From positions 31,248,001-31,312,000 of the forward strand of contig OZ241830.1 in the NCBI GenBank assembly GCA_965202585.1: DNA of 64,000 bases, read 5' to 3'. Below, one piece after another: positions 27,183 through 39,441 of this stretch; the first letter of the stretch is position 1; each line of letters starts with the position of its first letter. The notes beneath the pieces were generated by a model that was given only the letters and a program-made list of their open reading frames with translations, had not been told where the DNA came from and did not search any database. This DNA is from Thalia democratica (lineage: Eukaryota). A program made the position numbers and the translations under genes.

Positions 27183-27699
27183 AAAAAAAGTTTAAGAAAA
27201 AAAAAATATATTTAAGTGATTTTGTTTCAAAATGTAGCAGCTTAGTGAATCATTTACTTCCACATCAAAACATTATCACTTTTATACAAGTCAGGTAGAA
27301 CACACTAGAACTTCAAAATAAAAAGTTTGAATTAAAAATTTCAAGACTGATTCTTCTTCTATAACAAACATCAACCAGATATACCAATCATGACTTTTAA
27401 AATTTGATACTATATGATTTTTAAACCGTTTTTTTCGTCATTGATATATATTTGATTACCAAGACATAAACAATAAAATTAAAATAAATTACAATTTCAG
27501 AATTAAGGTACGGAAAGTTTTGAAATAAAAAAAAAAACAAATACTTAAATTCATTGACTAACACCAAAAATAAAAGCCACAAGTGCTTTGACAATAGACT
27601 GGCCAGATAAATAATCATCACATTCATTAAAAAAAGGACTCGTTGTTAATAGAGGAAAGGCGCTGCTAATGGAGTCGAACTGTGGATAAAATTAAATCT

Positions 27700-29340
27700 T
27701 AAAAGTAAATCAGCGATTTATAAAAATAAAATTAATTTTACTACCAAACTTTTTATTTAAATCAACCTTTTTCAACTTTAATTGAAGTTCTTAAACTGTT
27801 TTGCAAGAAACTAATTCATTTAAAGTCTGTTCCATGATTCAACTGACCGATAAAAAAAGATTGGAAGTTACGTGGATATAACGTAATAATATGTGAATAA
27901 GTAAACTGAGATCATTCAAACAAGTTTCAATTTGATAATAAGTTAAAAACAGGCTTATTTGTTAACAATGGTGAATCGATTTATATCTTTAGAGTTCACC
28001 TAGCATTTGTCAAATTAACAAACTCTCTGTGTGTTACAGGCAGTAATAAAAACGGAAGTCATGTGAAACTGACGTCATAAAAACTTACTTTGTGTGTATT
28101 GTATTGGTTGCTTATCTATAAAATTTTAGTACTTAACTGTTATACATTGTTCAAGTTTATAGAAAAAATATTTATTTACGAAGTGTGGCATTATTGTTAA
28201 AACTTTATTTACATAAATATTTTGTAATACTTTAAAAAAAGTAATTTAAAACTTTAAAAGATAAAAATAAAAACAAAGTAAGCTTTTTGCAAAGTATTTA
28301 TTTAATTCTTTTATTTATATAACCAAAAACGTATATACTAATAAATAGTTGAATAGTTGATTAAAATAATTTAATATAGAAGCTATTTTGAATTATATTC
28401 TTTAAATACTTACTTAGTTATTTGAAAATACTCATTTAGATTTATTTTCCAACTTGGTTTTAGTTATTAGCTATACAAAAGTATTTTTTTATTTTCAGCT
28501 GATAAACGCTATCTATATAAATCAACGTTTTGTAAAAATTACTTCTTAATTTCACTAAGAAAATTTTTATTTAAATCAACCTTTTTTACCTTTAATCGAA
28601 ATTCTTCAACTATTTTGCAAGAAACTAATTCATTTGAAAGTATTTTCCATGTTTCAATTGACTGAATAAAAATATTAGAATTTACGTGGATATGACGTAA
28701 TAATATGTGAAAAAGTAAACTGAGATCATTCAAACAAGTTTACGTTAGATAATAAATTAAAAACAGACTTATTTGTTAACAATGATGAATTGATTAATAT
28801 CTTTTGAGTTTACCTAGCATTTGTCAATTTAACAAATTCGTTGTGTGTTACAGGCAGTAATAAAAACGGAAGTCATGTGATACTGACGTCATAAAAACTT
28901 ATTTTATGTGTACTATTTAGGTTGCTCATTTAAAAAACTTTTAGTGCTTAACTGTTATACATTGTTCAAATTTGTTAAAAAATTAAACGTTTAAGAAAAT
29001 ATTTATTTACAATATGTTACATTATTGGTAAAACTTTATTTGAATTAGTATTTTATAATACTTTCAAAAATTAAACTTGAAAATTTCTAAAATAAAAATA
29101 AAAACAACTTATGGTTTTTGAAAAGAAAGTTTTGAATTCTATTTATTTGTGTAAATAATAAAAGCAAACACAACTAAAAAATTACATAGTTGGAAAAATT
29201 ATGATTTCATTTAAATTATATCAATTAAATACTTACTTCTTAATTTTAATGTACTCAATTTGATTTTTATTGCGACTTAGTTTTAGTTTTAAGTTATACA
29301 AAAGTTGATCATTTATTTTTAGCTGATAAACGCTATTATT
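27700..29340. repeat. Tandem direct duplication, two copies with about 814-bp period; includes a possible CR1/L2-like LINE 3' relic on the minus strand
   Basis: Shared blocks include AAATCAACCTTTTT (27759/28573), TTTTGCAAGAAACTAATTCATTT, AAGTAAACTGAGATCATTCAAACAAG, CGGAAGTCATGTGA and GCTGATAAACGCTAT (28499/29322). The minus ORF 28539-28733 (ETWKILSNELVSCKIVEEFRLKVKKVDL) resembles the WNxLPxxVV...FKxxL...DL tail of CR1/L2 ORF2 (weak). Confidence 0.85.
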
Positions 29341-29792
29341 AATTGTTTGTTTATAAAACTAAAGCCCATTTAGCGGCACTATCTATTCTCTTATGTTTAA
29401 TTTATTACAAAAAAAGTATAAGAGACAAAAAGACATTTGTTTATAGTCATTACAAAAGTCTTCATTGCAGCAATTTGTATGAAACAAAAACGTTTCATTT
29501 TGTAATATTTTTTTATTTCATAATACTAGCTAAAAGTATTAACTAAAATAAGTTTTTATACAAGTAATTACTGTAAAAGAAAATAACAGTTTTTATTTGC
29601 TTTGTAAATGTTTAAGTTTGATTTTTAGTAATTGGAATTAAGAATTGTAACATCAATGAACTTCTATTGTATTTAACAACATGAAATTCGTTGTTTTGTA
29701 TAAAGATTCAAGCATTTCTTACATTTAATCAAACTTCAGTTAAATTCTTTCTAAGGTAGTTTTATAAGCAAAAACAACACAATCATGTATGT

Positions 29793-30574
29793 CTAATAAT
29801 TCTCACCACTAGTGGTGCAACATAGCTTAATATACCATTGTCTGTTTCGAATGGTTTAAAGGCAAAGTTGATCAGCTAAATCTAGGTTCTAATTAAATTT
29901 GGCAGTTTGAAAGTGCTTTTTTTTTAATGTGTCAAACTCTCTTATGATAACTTTTAGACTAAAAAGTTGTTTATCGTAAAATCAATGATATTTGCTTAGG
30001 TTATCAAGCAAAATAGTAAAACAATGTATATTTTATGTTTAACTAAAAACTTTCATTTAGTTTTCAAAACAAAGGTTGTTGAGACAGTCATTGAAGCAAA
30101 TAATCTTGTTTAGATGGATTCAAAAATTTTACCTATTTTTAAGTAATGACTGGGTTTACCTGAAGATTATACAATACAAAAAAGATGATGAACGAAAAAA
30201 TAAAAATATATATTACTTTTATACTTTATAATGTCAAAAACTACTTAGGCATTGATAATAAAAGTTATTATTTAATTAAATTTAAACCTATACCTTAACT
30301 CCTCTTATCTTAACAGTATGAAAGTTTTAGCTTCTAAAATAAACTAAAAACAGTCATTTTGTTGAAGAAACAATTAAATACATTTGCATTAAAATGTTTT
30401 CGTTTTATGGAGCTTGTAATTAAGCTGAGATGAACAAAATTAAAGCTTTAAAAGTAGTAATTTCGTACAATTAACTACATTTTGTGAATAAAAAATAACT
30501 TTTACCTGTTTGTTTGCAACTAAGACTAGTGCAGCTTCTTTTAGTTCATCTACACCAAGAGTTCTAGCAATCAA
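29793..30574 (-). pseudogene. ARF-family small GTPase C-terminal exons (G4/G5 region), decayed
   Basis: Exon 30574-30506 (ttTAG|...CAG|gtaaaa) encodes LIARTLGVDELKEAALVLVANKQ (cf. ARF1 [22 protein letters not shown]). Downstream 29905-29793 encodes LPNLIRT/DLADQLCL*TIRNRQWYIKLCCTTSGENY* (cf. [38 protein letters not shown]), with a frameshift, stops and a mutated acceptor. No N-terminal G1/G3 exons found. Confidence 0.8.
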
Positions 30575-30599
30575 CTAAAGTAACTAGTTAATTTAGTTT

Positions 30600-33500
30600 A
30601 GATTAATTTGATGCATGACAGGTTAACGTCAACGGAAGTCCAGCAATTTGACGACTGATTTGTAATAAAGGAATACATACCGACGTCATAAAAATCAACT
30701 TTGATAGTTTAAGTGATCGGCGTGACGGGTGTTATTCTAAGAAAAAAAGATGATGCAAAAGTTTAGTAATAATACTGCTGCACTCTGTGTGAAAAACGAC
30801 TGAATTATGCAATTGGTAGAAAAATATTATTGTAAGAAAGTGATTCAGTATACAGTAGACTACCGCTTAAGTACGCACTTTTTTGGTACGCACCCCGCCT
30901 TAAGTACGCACTTATCCAGAAAGACAAAAAAAAATTTATAATTTTTTAATGTAATATTTATAATTTTTTTTTATATTTATATAAAGTTTTAATATCAAAA
31001 TAAAGGATGTTATATTAGAACTTCTAAGAAATTCCAGTTTTTTTTGCCCAAATTTACAATCATAAAGTTTTACCAGACCATTTTATGTTTCCAGGTAGAA
31101 TGGCCAACCTGCTGAGTTAGCCTGAGACTTTCACAACTTTTAAACTAGGGTTAGTAATCCTGAGTAGTCTAAGTGGCATGAGATTGTGACAGTCCTGTTA
31201 TTAAATGTAAATAAACTAAATACTTATGTAGTGGTTGCAGAAAAGTGAAAAGAATAATGATATTTGAGCTGTAATGCTATAAAATAAATAGTTCTAGATG
31301 ACAAAGTTAAAAAAACCTACAAATACAACACAGTTAAGTCATAATTTAATTTAAATGCACACACACATTGATGTTTTGAAAATGTTTTGTAAACACAATG
31401 TAGTTTGGTACTTTCCCTCTAACAAAACAAAATATGGCTTATTTTTTTTTATATATCATTGACTGACATTGACTTTCTATACTAAATGTATGTATTATGT
31501 CATTATGTAGAAAGTTCTTATGTATAAAATAAATCATTTTAAAATCTTTTAGTAAAAATTTGCAGATTAGAGTTATGTATTAAATATTATTTAAAATAAA
31601 AATACTTGTTTATTTGGCTAAACTATTTGGTTGCTAGTTGTAAGAAAGGAAACAAACGACTAAATTTCATATTATACTATGTCGTCAAAAAGTACGCACT
31701 ACCCGTGGTAAGTACGAATTTTTTTGTTGGGTTCGATTTGCGTACTTAAGCGGTAGTCTACTGTAGTTAACTAGAAAAAAATACAATAAATCTATAACAT
31801 ATATACTTTTATATTAAAAAACTACATTAACCATTTTTGGTGCTTAATTGGTTAATCTTACCCATTGTTTTGCTTATGGCCGACGGATTTGTACTAGGGA
31901 AGTACTCATGGTCACAAACTCAATTAACATCGGTATTGTAAGCGACCGGGGTTAAGGGTGTAATTTATTAAAATACGCTGCTGCAAAATCTACAGTTAAA
32001 ATGCTGCTTCTTAGTTTATGGAAAACGACTAAATTAGGCAACCTATAGTAAAATATTACTTTAATAAGGTAATGTAGATAAATTTATAAATACCTTTAAG
32101 TCCAACCTTCGAGGTAATTTTTAACCTACAAAGTATTTTAGCAACATTTGATTCTTGACAAGTCATATCACCGGAAGTAAGGCTATTCGGCGAATGATTT
32201 GTAATGGGAGAATACCCATCATCGCCAGAATAATCAACTTTGATATTTTGAGTGATCTATGTGACGTGTGTTATTGTATCAAAAAACGCTGTTGCAAACG
32301 CTCAGTTGAAATACTTCCTCACTCTGTGTGAAAAACAACTGAATTAGACAATTTGTAGTAAAACATTATTGTGACAAAGTAAAGCGGTTTAGTTAATTAA
32401 ATAGTTTTTCAACAAAATTACGATATAGCTTTTTAATCAAAATTGTACCATAACAACGTTTGATGCTTAAATCGTTAACCTGACCGAAAGTTCTGCTTAT
32501 GACCGACAGATTTGTACAATGGAAAAACTTATAATCTCAAACACAGTTTACATCGGTATTCTGAGTGATTTGGGGACGGTTGTAATTTTTAAAAGTACGT
32601 TGATGCAAAAGCTACATTTAAAATGCTGCTGCTTACTGTTTGGAAAACAACTAAATTAGGCAACTAGTAGTAAAACAATACTTTAATAAAGCAATGTAGA
32701 TGAATTTTATAAATATTTCCAAAACTAACCTACAAGGTAGTTTAAATCTTAAAAGTATATTAGCCAAACTTGGTTTTTGACACGTTAGAGTCACTGGAAG
32801 GCAAGCAATTCGGCGACTGATCTGTATTGGGAGAACACCCGTCATCAGAAGACAAATCAACTTTCATATTGTAAGTAATCAGAGTGTTTGATGTTATTGT
32901 ACCAAAAAAATCTGTTGCAAAAGCTTAATTGAAATACTGCTGCACTATGTGTGAAAACGACTGAATTAGACTATTGGTAGTAAAAAAATACTTTAAATCT
33001 TAAATATTTTTTTATTAAAAAAGTACCTTAACAACTTCAGGTTCTTAAATCGCTAACCTGACCGCAAGCTTTGCTTTTTGCCGATGGTTTTGTACTAAGG
33101 AAATACTCATACTCACAAACACAATTTACAACAGTATAGTAAGTGATCGGGATGACGGCTGTAATTTATTCAAATACGCTCTTGCAAAAACTACAGTTAA
33201 AATGCAACTGCATACTGTGTGTAAAACGACTAAATTAGACTCCAGTATTAAGTTAATACTTTAATAAGGTAATGTAGTTAAATTGAAAAAAGTTTTAAAT
33301 CAAATTTTACAAAACATAAAATTACCTTATTAACATTTGAAGCTTGATTCGTTGACCTACCGAAAGTCTTGCGCTCCGCTTACTGATTGGTATTGGAGAT
33401 ACTCATTATCACAAACACAATCTACTTTGGTCCTGTTAGTTATCGGATTCACAGGTGTTAAAACACCAAAATAAGCTTTTGCATTTGATATGCTACTGCA

Positions 33501-33752
33501 TTCTGTGTGTGAAATGACCTAGATAGACATCCAGAAGTAAATGAATATTTTTATAAGGTAATATAGTGTAATTTTATAAATATTTCTAAATTAAGTCTTA
33601 TAAAATATTTTATATTTTTAGTCAAAAAAGTACTTTAGCAAAATTTAATGCTTGACAAGTTAATGTCTGCAAAAGTCTAGCCATTTCGCAACTGATTTGA
33701 AATTGAAGAATACCTATCATTGCAAGAACATTAAAATTTGATATTGTAAGTT
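30600..33752 (-). pseudogene. Decayed tandem array of about 8 exon-sized units (about 300-bp period) encoding Sushi/CCP-like modules
   Basis: Units at about 33752-33630 (partial), 33503-33325, 33214-33027, 32944-32731, 32635-32448, 32323-32126, 32013-31830 and 30783-30600. Most start after TTTTCACACAG-type acceptors and end at GT donors. Cross-copy consensus is about ECSSISTVAFATAYFGTITPVTPITYNTKVD(C/Y)VCDDGYSPITNQSxNCxTSG(D/Q)VNxxSxKxC, matching the Sushi spacing C...Y/F-x-C-x-x-G-Y-x9-C-x3-G-x9/10-C. The canonical Trp is absent and every copy has stops or frameshifts. Confidence 0.6.
30853..31763. mobile_element. Tc1/mariner (pogo/Tigger-like) MITE, 911 bp
   Basis: 25-bp perfect TIR CAGTAGACTACCGCTTAAGTACGCA / TGCGTACTTAAGCGGTAGTCTACTG. 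TA TSD at 30851-52 and 31764-65. Subterminal GTACGCAC repeats. No ORF. Confidence 0.93.
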
Positions 33753-34681
33753 AGGGGTTAGGAAATGAACGGCTCGAGAGCAATTAAGTTAATAAATTAA
33801 TATTGTTTATGTCAGTTAAATAGTGTATAAATACTTTAATTGATTGTTACTTTTATCAAAAAACTAATTCTGCCTTAATGTAATAAACAAAAAACTGATT
33901 TTTGAAGATATTTTAATTGATCTTAAATTTATTTTTACTTTATTTAAAGTAGTGATTAATTAATTTATCATTCACCTAAAATATTTATTTATGCATATTC
34001 TTTATACTTTATTTATATAGTATAGTATGATACCCATTAAAAAAGTAACTATTGTAATTGAAAATAAAAATAACATTCTTACAGTATTATAAATAAAATA
34101 GCAAATGTTTGTTTTTTTAGGCAAATTTATTTTATTTTTGTTTTGTAAACTACTTCGTAAAAAAAAACCCATAATGATAGTGTTAACATTTTACGTTAAG
34201 TACTTAAAAAGAAATGAGATAAATATTAAATAGCAATTAAATGTTGTGATTTTTTTTTAAATAGACTTTATGTTAAGATAAAACTAAAAATAAATTAGCA
34301 TCTAGTATTTTATATATGATAGTATATCTACTTATAAATACTTTTAGATAACAACTAAATATAGTTTGTGTTTACTTATATTTTAAGTTAGTTTACAATC
34401 AAAAATAATTAAATTGCAGAATTTTATAAAATCATTAAGTACAGTATATTAATATTCAAGGAATGTTTATGAAGTTTAAACTTATATGTTAAGAATAAAT
34501 GTTTAAATTTTTATTTGTTTTTCCCATTAAAATACTTATTAAAACTTTTAATTAATAAAGAAACCTAGTATGAACTAGTACGATACTTACAAGCTAAATA
34601 TATTCTTTTTTTTTTATTGTAAAACACCAGTTCGCAAACTTAACACATTGCAACATTATAGGTTTTCTAGGCAAAATAAAG

Positions 34682-35187
34682 GGGTAGCTGTCAAATTTGC
34701 ACGAGCGTAAAAAATTTTGCACAAAGACACTTTTGCAAGAGGGGATAAAATAGCACGAATATACTTTTGCACGAAGGATCTTTTTTGCACGAAAACACTT
34801 TAACACAAAAGAAAAATTTTACATGGAGACATCTTTGCACGGGTTAATTTTTATTTATTTATTTTTTGTTCTTTTACTAATCTTTATTTTATTTCATTTT
34901 TTAATCATTTTTTGCTTTCATTGTTACCCCTAACCCTTACCCTCGGTCGGTTATTGTTTTATTTTTAATTTTTTAAACTTTTACCTTCACTGTTACCCTC
35001 TACCCTCGTTCAGTTTTTATTTTATATCATTTTTTTTTTATATCAAATTTTATTTATTTATTTATTTTTCTTTTTTTTTACTCTCGTGCACAAATGTAAC
35101 TCGTGCAAAATTGACCCTTGGTGCCAGATCGCCTTCGTACAATTTTGGCTTCGTGCAAATTTGGCTTCGTGTAATTTAGACCGGTTA
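34682..35187. mobile_element. MULE-like MITE with arrays of subterminal TTTGCACGA repeats
   Basis: About 8 TTT(T)GCAC(G)A motifs at the left end are mirrored by about 6 TCGTGCAAA motifs at the right end. Flanks CAAAATAAAG / CAAAACAAAG form an imperfect 9-10 bp TSD. Termini are degenerate. Confidence 0.6.
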
Positions 35188-37708
35188 CAAAACAAAGTGT
35201 TTACATCATACATACCTTTACTTGTCGTATTTTAATTTATATTAAAACTAAACGCAAAGCTATCTTTAAAAAATTAAATTCAGGTTATAATTTTGGATGA
35301 TATTTACATAGTTTAAAGATTTAGAATTTTAACAATAAAAAGCTTTAAGTGTGGAAAAACTATTTAGCTAAATTTGAAGTGTTTACCAGTGCTATAAAAA
35401 AAATAACAAATAAAAGTTGTAAAAAAAAAAAAAAAAAAAAACTTTGCGAAAAATGTTAACAAGTAAAGTTTTAAATATGAAATAGAAAACAGTTATTATA
35501 CAATATGTTTATTAATAAACTTAGACAAATTAGTATTTATTTCCAACAAACTAAAATCTGGCTAAAAACAGATTAGTATTACCAAAGATTGGTCTCTTTA
35601 GGGATATTTTTGACTATCAAGAGACGTTAATTTTCTATTAAATTTATTAATATTTATTGATAATCGAATAATTAAAAGCACTTATTTTCGAATTATGCCA
35701 AGTAAGCATTTATGAAGATGGGTTACAACTTTAAAAGGGATTAGTAAAAAATCACGGCGCATATAATTTAGTAAAGTAAATTTAAGCAGGGCTGTTTAAA
35801 ATAGTTTCAATAGAAATAGTAATTTTTAAATTTGTTTAATTATATTAAGAAGTATTTAGAAGATTTAATAATTTCCGTAAGCATTATAACAAAGTATAAG
35901 GTGTTTTATTAGACTTTTTAATTTAATACTAGTGTAGGTTTTTACTATTACTAGCTACATATTTACATTTTTGTTATACTGTGTATTATTTATAAAATAT
36001 TTAAGAAATAATTACGCTAAACAAAATTTTGTAAATAATTTATAAAAGAATCTCTTAAAATTTAATTATAACCTACTTACCATAGTTTGCCTTGAAGTCT
36101 TAGACTTTTTCATACCTTTAAAAGATCAAAGTTTACACATAGTAAATCCCTCAATAGAAATATTTCACATATCAACAAACATAACATTTTAAAGTCGTTT
36201 TTGTTTAGTAAAACTTTTATTGAGTAAAAAACAAATTTAAAATTTAAAATAATGCTAGCAAAGTAGTAATACAGCTCATGCAAGCTAAAGTAATAATCTA
36301 AAAATACTGCACTTAGGTAGTAATAAGTTCATATATACGGTAAATGTGATTCCGAATAGTATCAATATCTTAATAGTATCAACATCTTATTAAACATAGT
36401 CTTAAATTTTTAAACAAGTATAGTTTTGATAAAACGGTGATTATTTATTAATTTCATCTGTCGAGATAATATGAACTTATTGTATAAACCACGTTGCAAG
36501 TTTTATTGAGTTTTAAGAAATGAAAAAGTTTAAATAGATTTGTATTTATTTCGAAAACTCAGTAAAATACATCATAAAAACAAAATACTTTGATTAATTT
36601 AAACAAATTACAGACTCACTCGTTTGACACTATTTGAAAGTTTTTGTGCAAATTAACGCTATAATGACCTTTTTATTTTGGTGCTAATTTAAGTAATCTT
36701 TCTTGTTTATTTTGAATTTGAAATGAGATGTGAAGTCATTTCGTTATTTTTATAATCCTTATACAGTATGAAAACATAACTGGGCGTGTTTGTTCATTTT
36801 ATGACACTTTTTAAAAACCTAAAGGTTGACGCAGGCATGCTATTACGATTAGAAAAATGGAAAATATGAAAAAGTATAGAAATAAATATTATAGAATTAC
36901 TAAACATGATTAAACTTTCTTAGTGGCTTGTTTATATAAACTATTTACAAAGTTGAATCATAGTTAATCAAGATGGTATACTGTATACAAAAGAAAAAGG
37001 TTTTAACAAAATAAGTTTTAGCTAAGAAAATTAAAAATAAGAGCTTGATATAAAACTGATGTAAATTGAAAAAACATATTGAAATTAAGTATAGTTCAGT
37101 TGTCTTTACAGTTTTATTTGGTAAATTTCTATACTAATTTTTATCTTAGTATGTTAGGATAACTTTAATAATCAGTATTACTATTTAAGCAAATAATAAC
37201 ACTTAGATTTATATAAAACTCATGATATCACTAGTTTTACCAAGTAAAGTTTTTGTCATTATTGTTTTTTTTAATTTTTAACAATCAGGAATTTTTTGCA
37301 AATATCATGTTTACTATAAATTGAATTTACGTATTTAAAATAAATTGAACTTTAAGTATAACTTCGACTTATTTACACCTTTTTTAAAGATTTCAGGCGG
37401 GTTTGGGTCTTTTTATAGAACTAAATTTTAAGCTTTATTTTACAAACTATGATCTTTCATATTTTTTCGATTTTGCTACTTATTCAAGTTTGAATTGTAG
37501 TGTTTATAATACTTTCAAGCATATTATTTAATGTTTAAGTTTTGACGAAAACTTAGGCTGTCTCAGTTTTTTATGTTCTTTAAATCTAGCAAAAAAGAGT
37601 CTTTTCAAACACTTAGAAATTAAAGGCTAACTCGTATATGTTTAAAAAGTGGCAATCCTTATTTAAAACTTAAGATTGCTTGAAAGTTTTCTGAAAAAGT
37701 CACTAAAC

Positions 37709-38056
37709 TAGAGTTGGGAACGAAAGGCCCGCGGGCTTTAATTAGTCTTTAGAGTAAAAAAGATCGGCCCGTTAATGTTTACAAACTTTATGTGGGATAT
37801 GGCCGGCGAAAGGCGAGTCTGCGGCTTTGTTAAATTAACACTAGATTTTTTTGAGTTTGAAGTAAAAGTTCAAAAAAAACATTTTTAATCACATTTTACG
37901 TGAGTTTAAACTAAAATTAGTCATTGTAAAAGTAAAATCAATATTAACTGGTTTATAGTTGAAATAAAACTAATACTCAATAGTTTTCCTTAAGTAAATG
38001 AAGAAATAATCGTCCGGCCCGCAAAGGACTAAGTTTTTTTTATCTAGCCCGCAGAC
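37709..38056 (+). mobile_element. Old degenerate relative of the hAT MITE at 10592
   Basis: Starts TAGAGTTGGGAAC (cf. TIR TAGGGGTGGGCAAC), with scattered GGCCCG(C) subterminal motifs up to 38050. Right TIR missing. Confidence 0.55.
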
Positions 38057-39441
38057 TGATTTTTTTTTCAAAAATAACTTATAAAACATTTAAAAAACTA
38101 TATTTGAAAACAGATTAAAATCAACTAAAAATAATAATCAAATAGTCGATTGCTTACATGATAAATTGAATTAAATTCAAAAAAGTTTAACAAGTGTCAA
38201 AAATCCTTCAATTTTTGTAGAATTTTATGGTAACTAAAATCAAAAAGTCAAACATACTTAAACTTTATAATAAACGACTAAATTATTTTAATTATTTGTT
38301 TTGTACTATTGAATTTATAACACCCTTTCTATCAGTTTTTGTTGACTTAAAACAGACCTTCAAAACTCATTTTTAAAAACGCCCCCTTTTATAAACAGGT
38401 TTTTGTAGTTTAAGTAATCCAATATTTATGTAGGGTTTACCCATATTAGTTTTTTTTCATTCCACAAACTAAATTCGCCACTTTCAAAAACCCTTAATAA
38501 GTTCAACACTTGGTTTAATTTTTTTTTTTTTTTTAAACTTGTTACAAGTTTTTTTAGTAATGGTATACTAATAATGTTGTATAAAATATTGGAAATTATA
38601 CAATTACAAATGAATATTTTATTGATAACCAGAATAAGGAGACCGTGTGTTTTATCATCAAACATAGTTTTTAATTGACAAACTTTATAAACATCTTTGT
38701 TTTTATTTATGATTGAGTCAAAAATATATAAGTTAAGCTATGAAACTCAATCAATGTTAAGCTGTGTAAAATTATACAATAAAATATAGCTTAAATTACA
38801 GTACTTTGCAAGTATTAGGACTTAGCTAAAATAATTTATTGCCATAAACTTTTTACCTCCTAAATGAGCTAGCCTTAAAAAAAAAACATTTCTAAAGATT
38901 CTTCTTACTTATACAGCATCTCTAATAGATTTAAAGTAAAGCCTTTGGTTGCTATTTATATTAAATAATTTAACAGGACTATAATAGAAAGTTTTTGTTT
39001 ACCATTGTGTTTGAATGGGTTACCAAGATTTAATAAACAAAAGTATTATGCAACAACTTTCCAAATTAGTCTAATTGTAATAATGTAAAGAGAAAGTTAA
39101 TATTTTAAATTGCATAACAACAGTATTAATTTTTAAATAAAACTATTTATTTTTAACTATATGATAAGTCGCTAGTAAAATATGTTTAATTATTTAGTAG
39201 ATGGGTGACTTTTAGATAAGTATAGGAAGTTGAAAATATATAAATAAAATAACTTTGTTTCCTAAAAAATCGTATATATTTTATTAAAACAACTGCACAA
39301 ATCATTGCTTTCATGTCCTAATACTAATTAGAAAAAAATCGGTACGACATACTAAAACACTAAATAAAAACTGTTTATTATGTGATTTAAAAGCAATTTA
39401 CTCGTATTCTACATTCGCAGTTAACAAAGCTAATAAAACAA

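Larger units (their letters stand above)
24355..27193 (+). mobile_element. Penelope-like retroelement (Naiad-type RT + C-terminal GIY-YIG endonuclease), inactivated, flanked by direct terminal repeats (pLTRs)
   Basis: Broken ORF from ATG 24594 to about 26710: HSLKTIP...FINRMRWKVFF; SDKTSNLY; IKDHKTNF...CRII; FDIKNFYPTI; VPMGSFHGAEVCDLVG; GLYRDDGL; CNC...CP...C; VIYEAIV...FKIRLYEHRVSF. Several stops and frameshifts. Direct repeats of about 125 bp at about 24355-24479 and 27070-27193. Confidence 0.92.
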
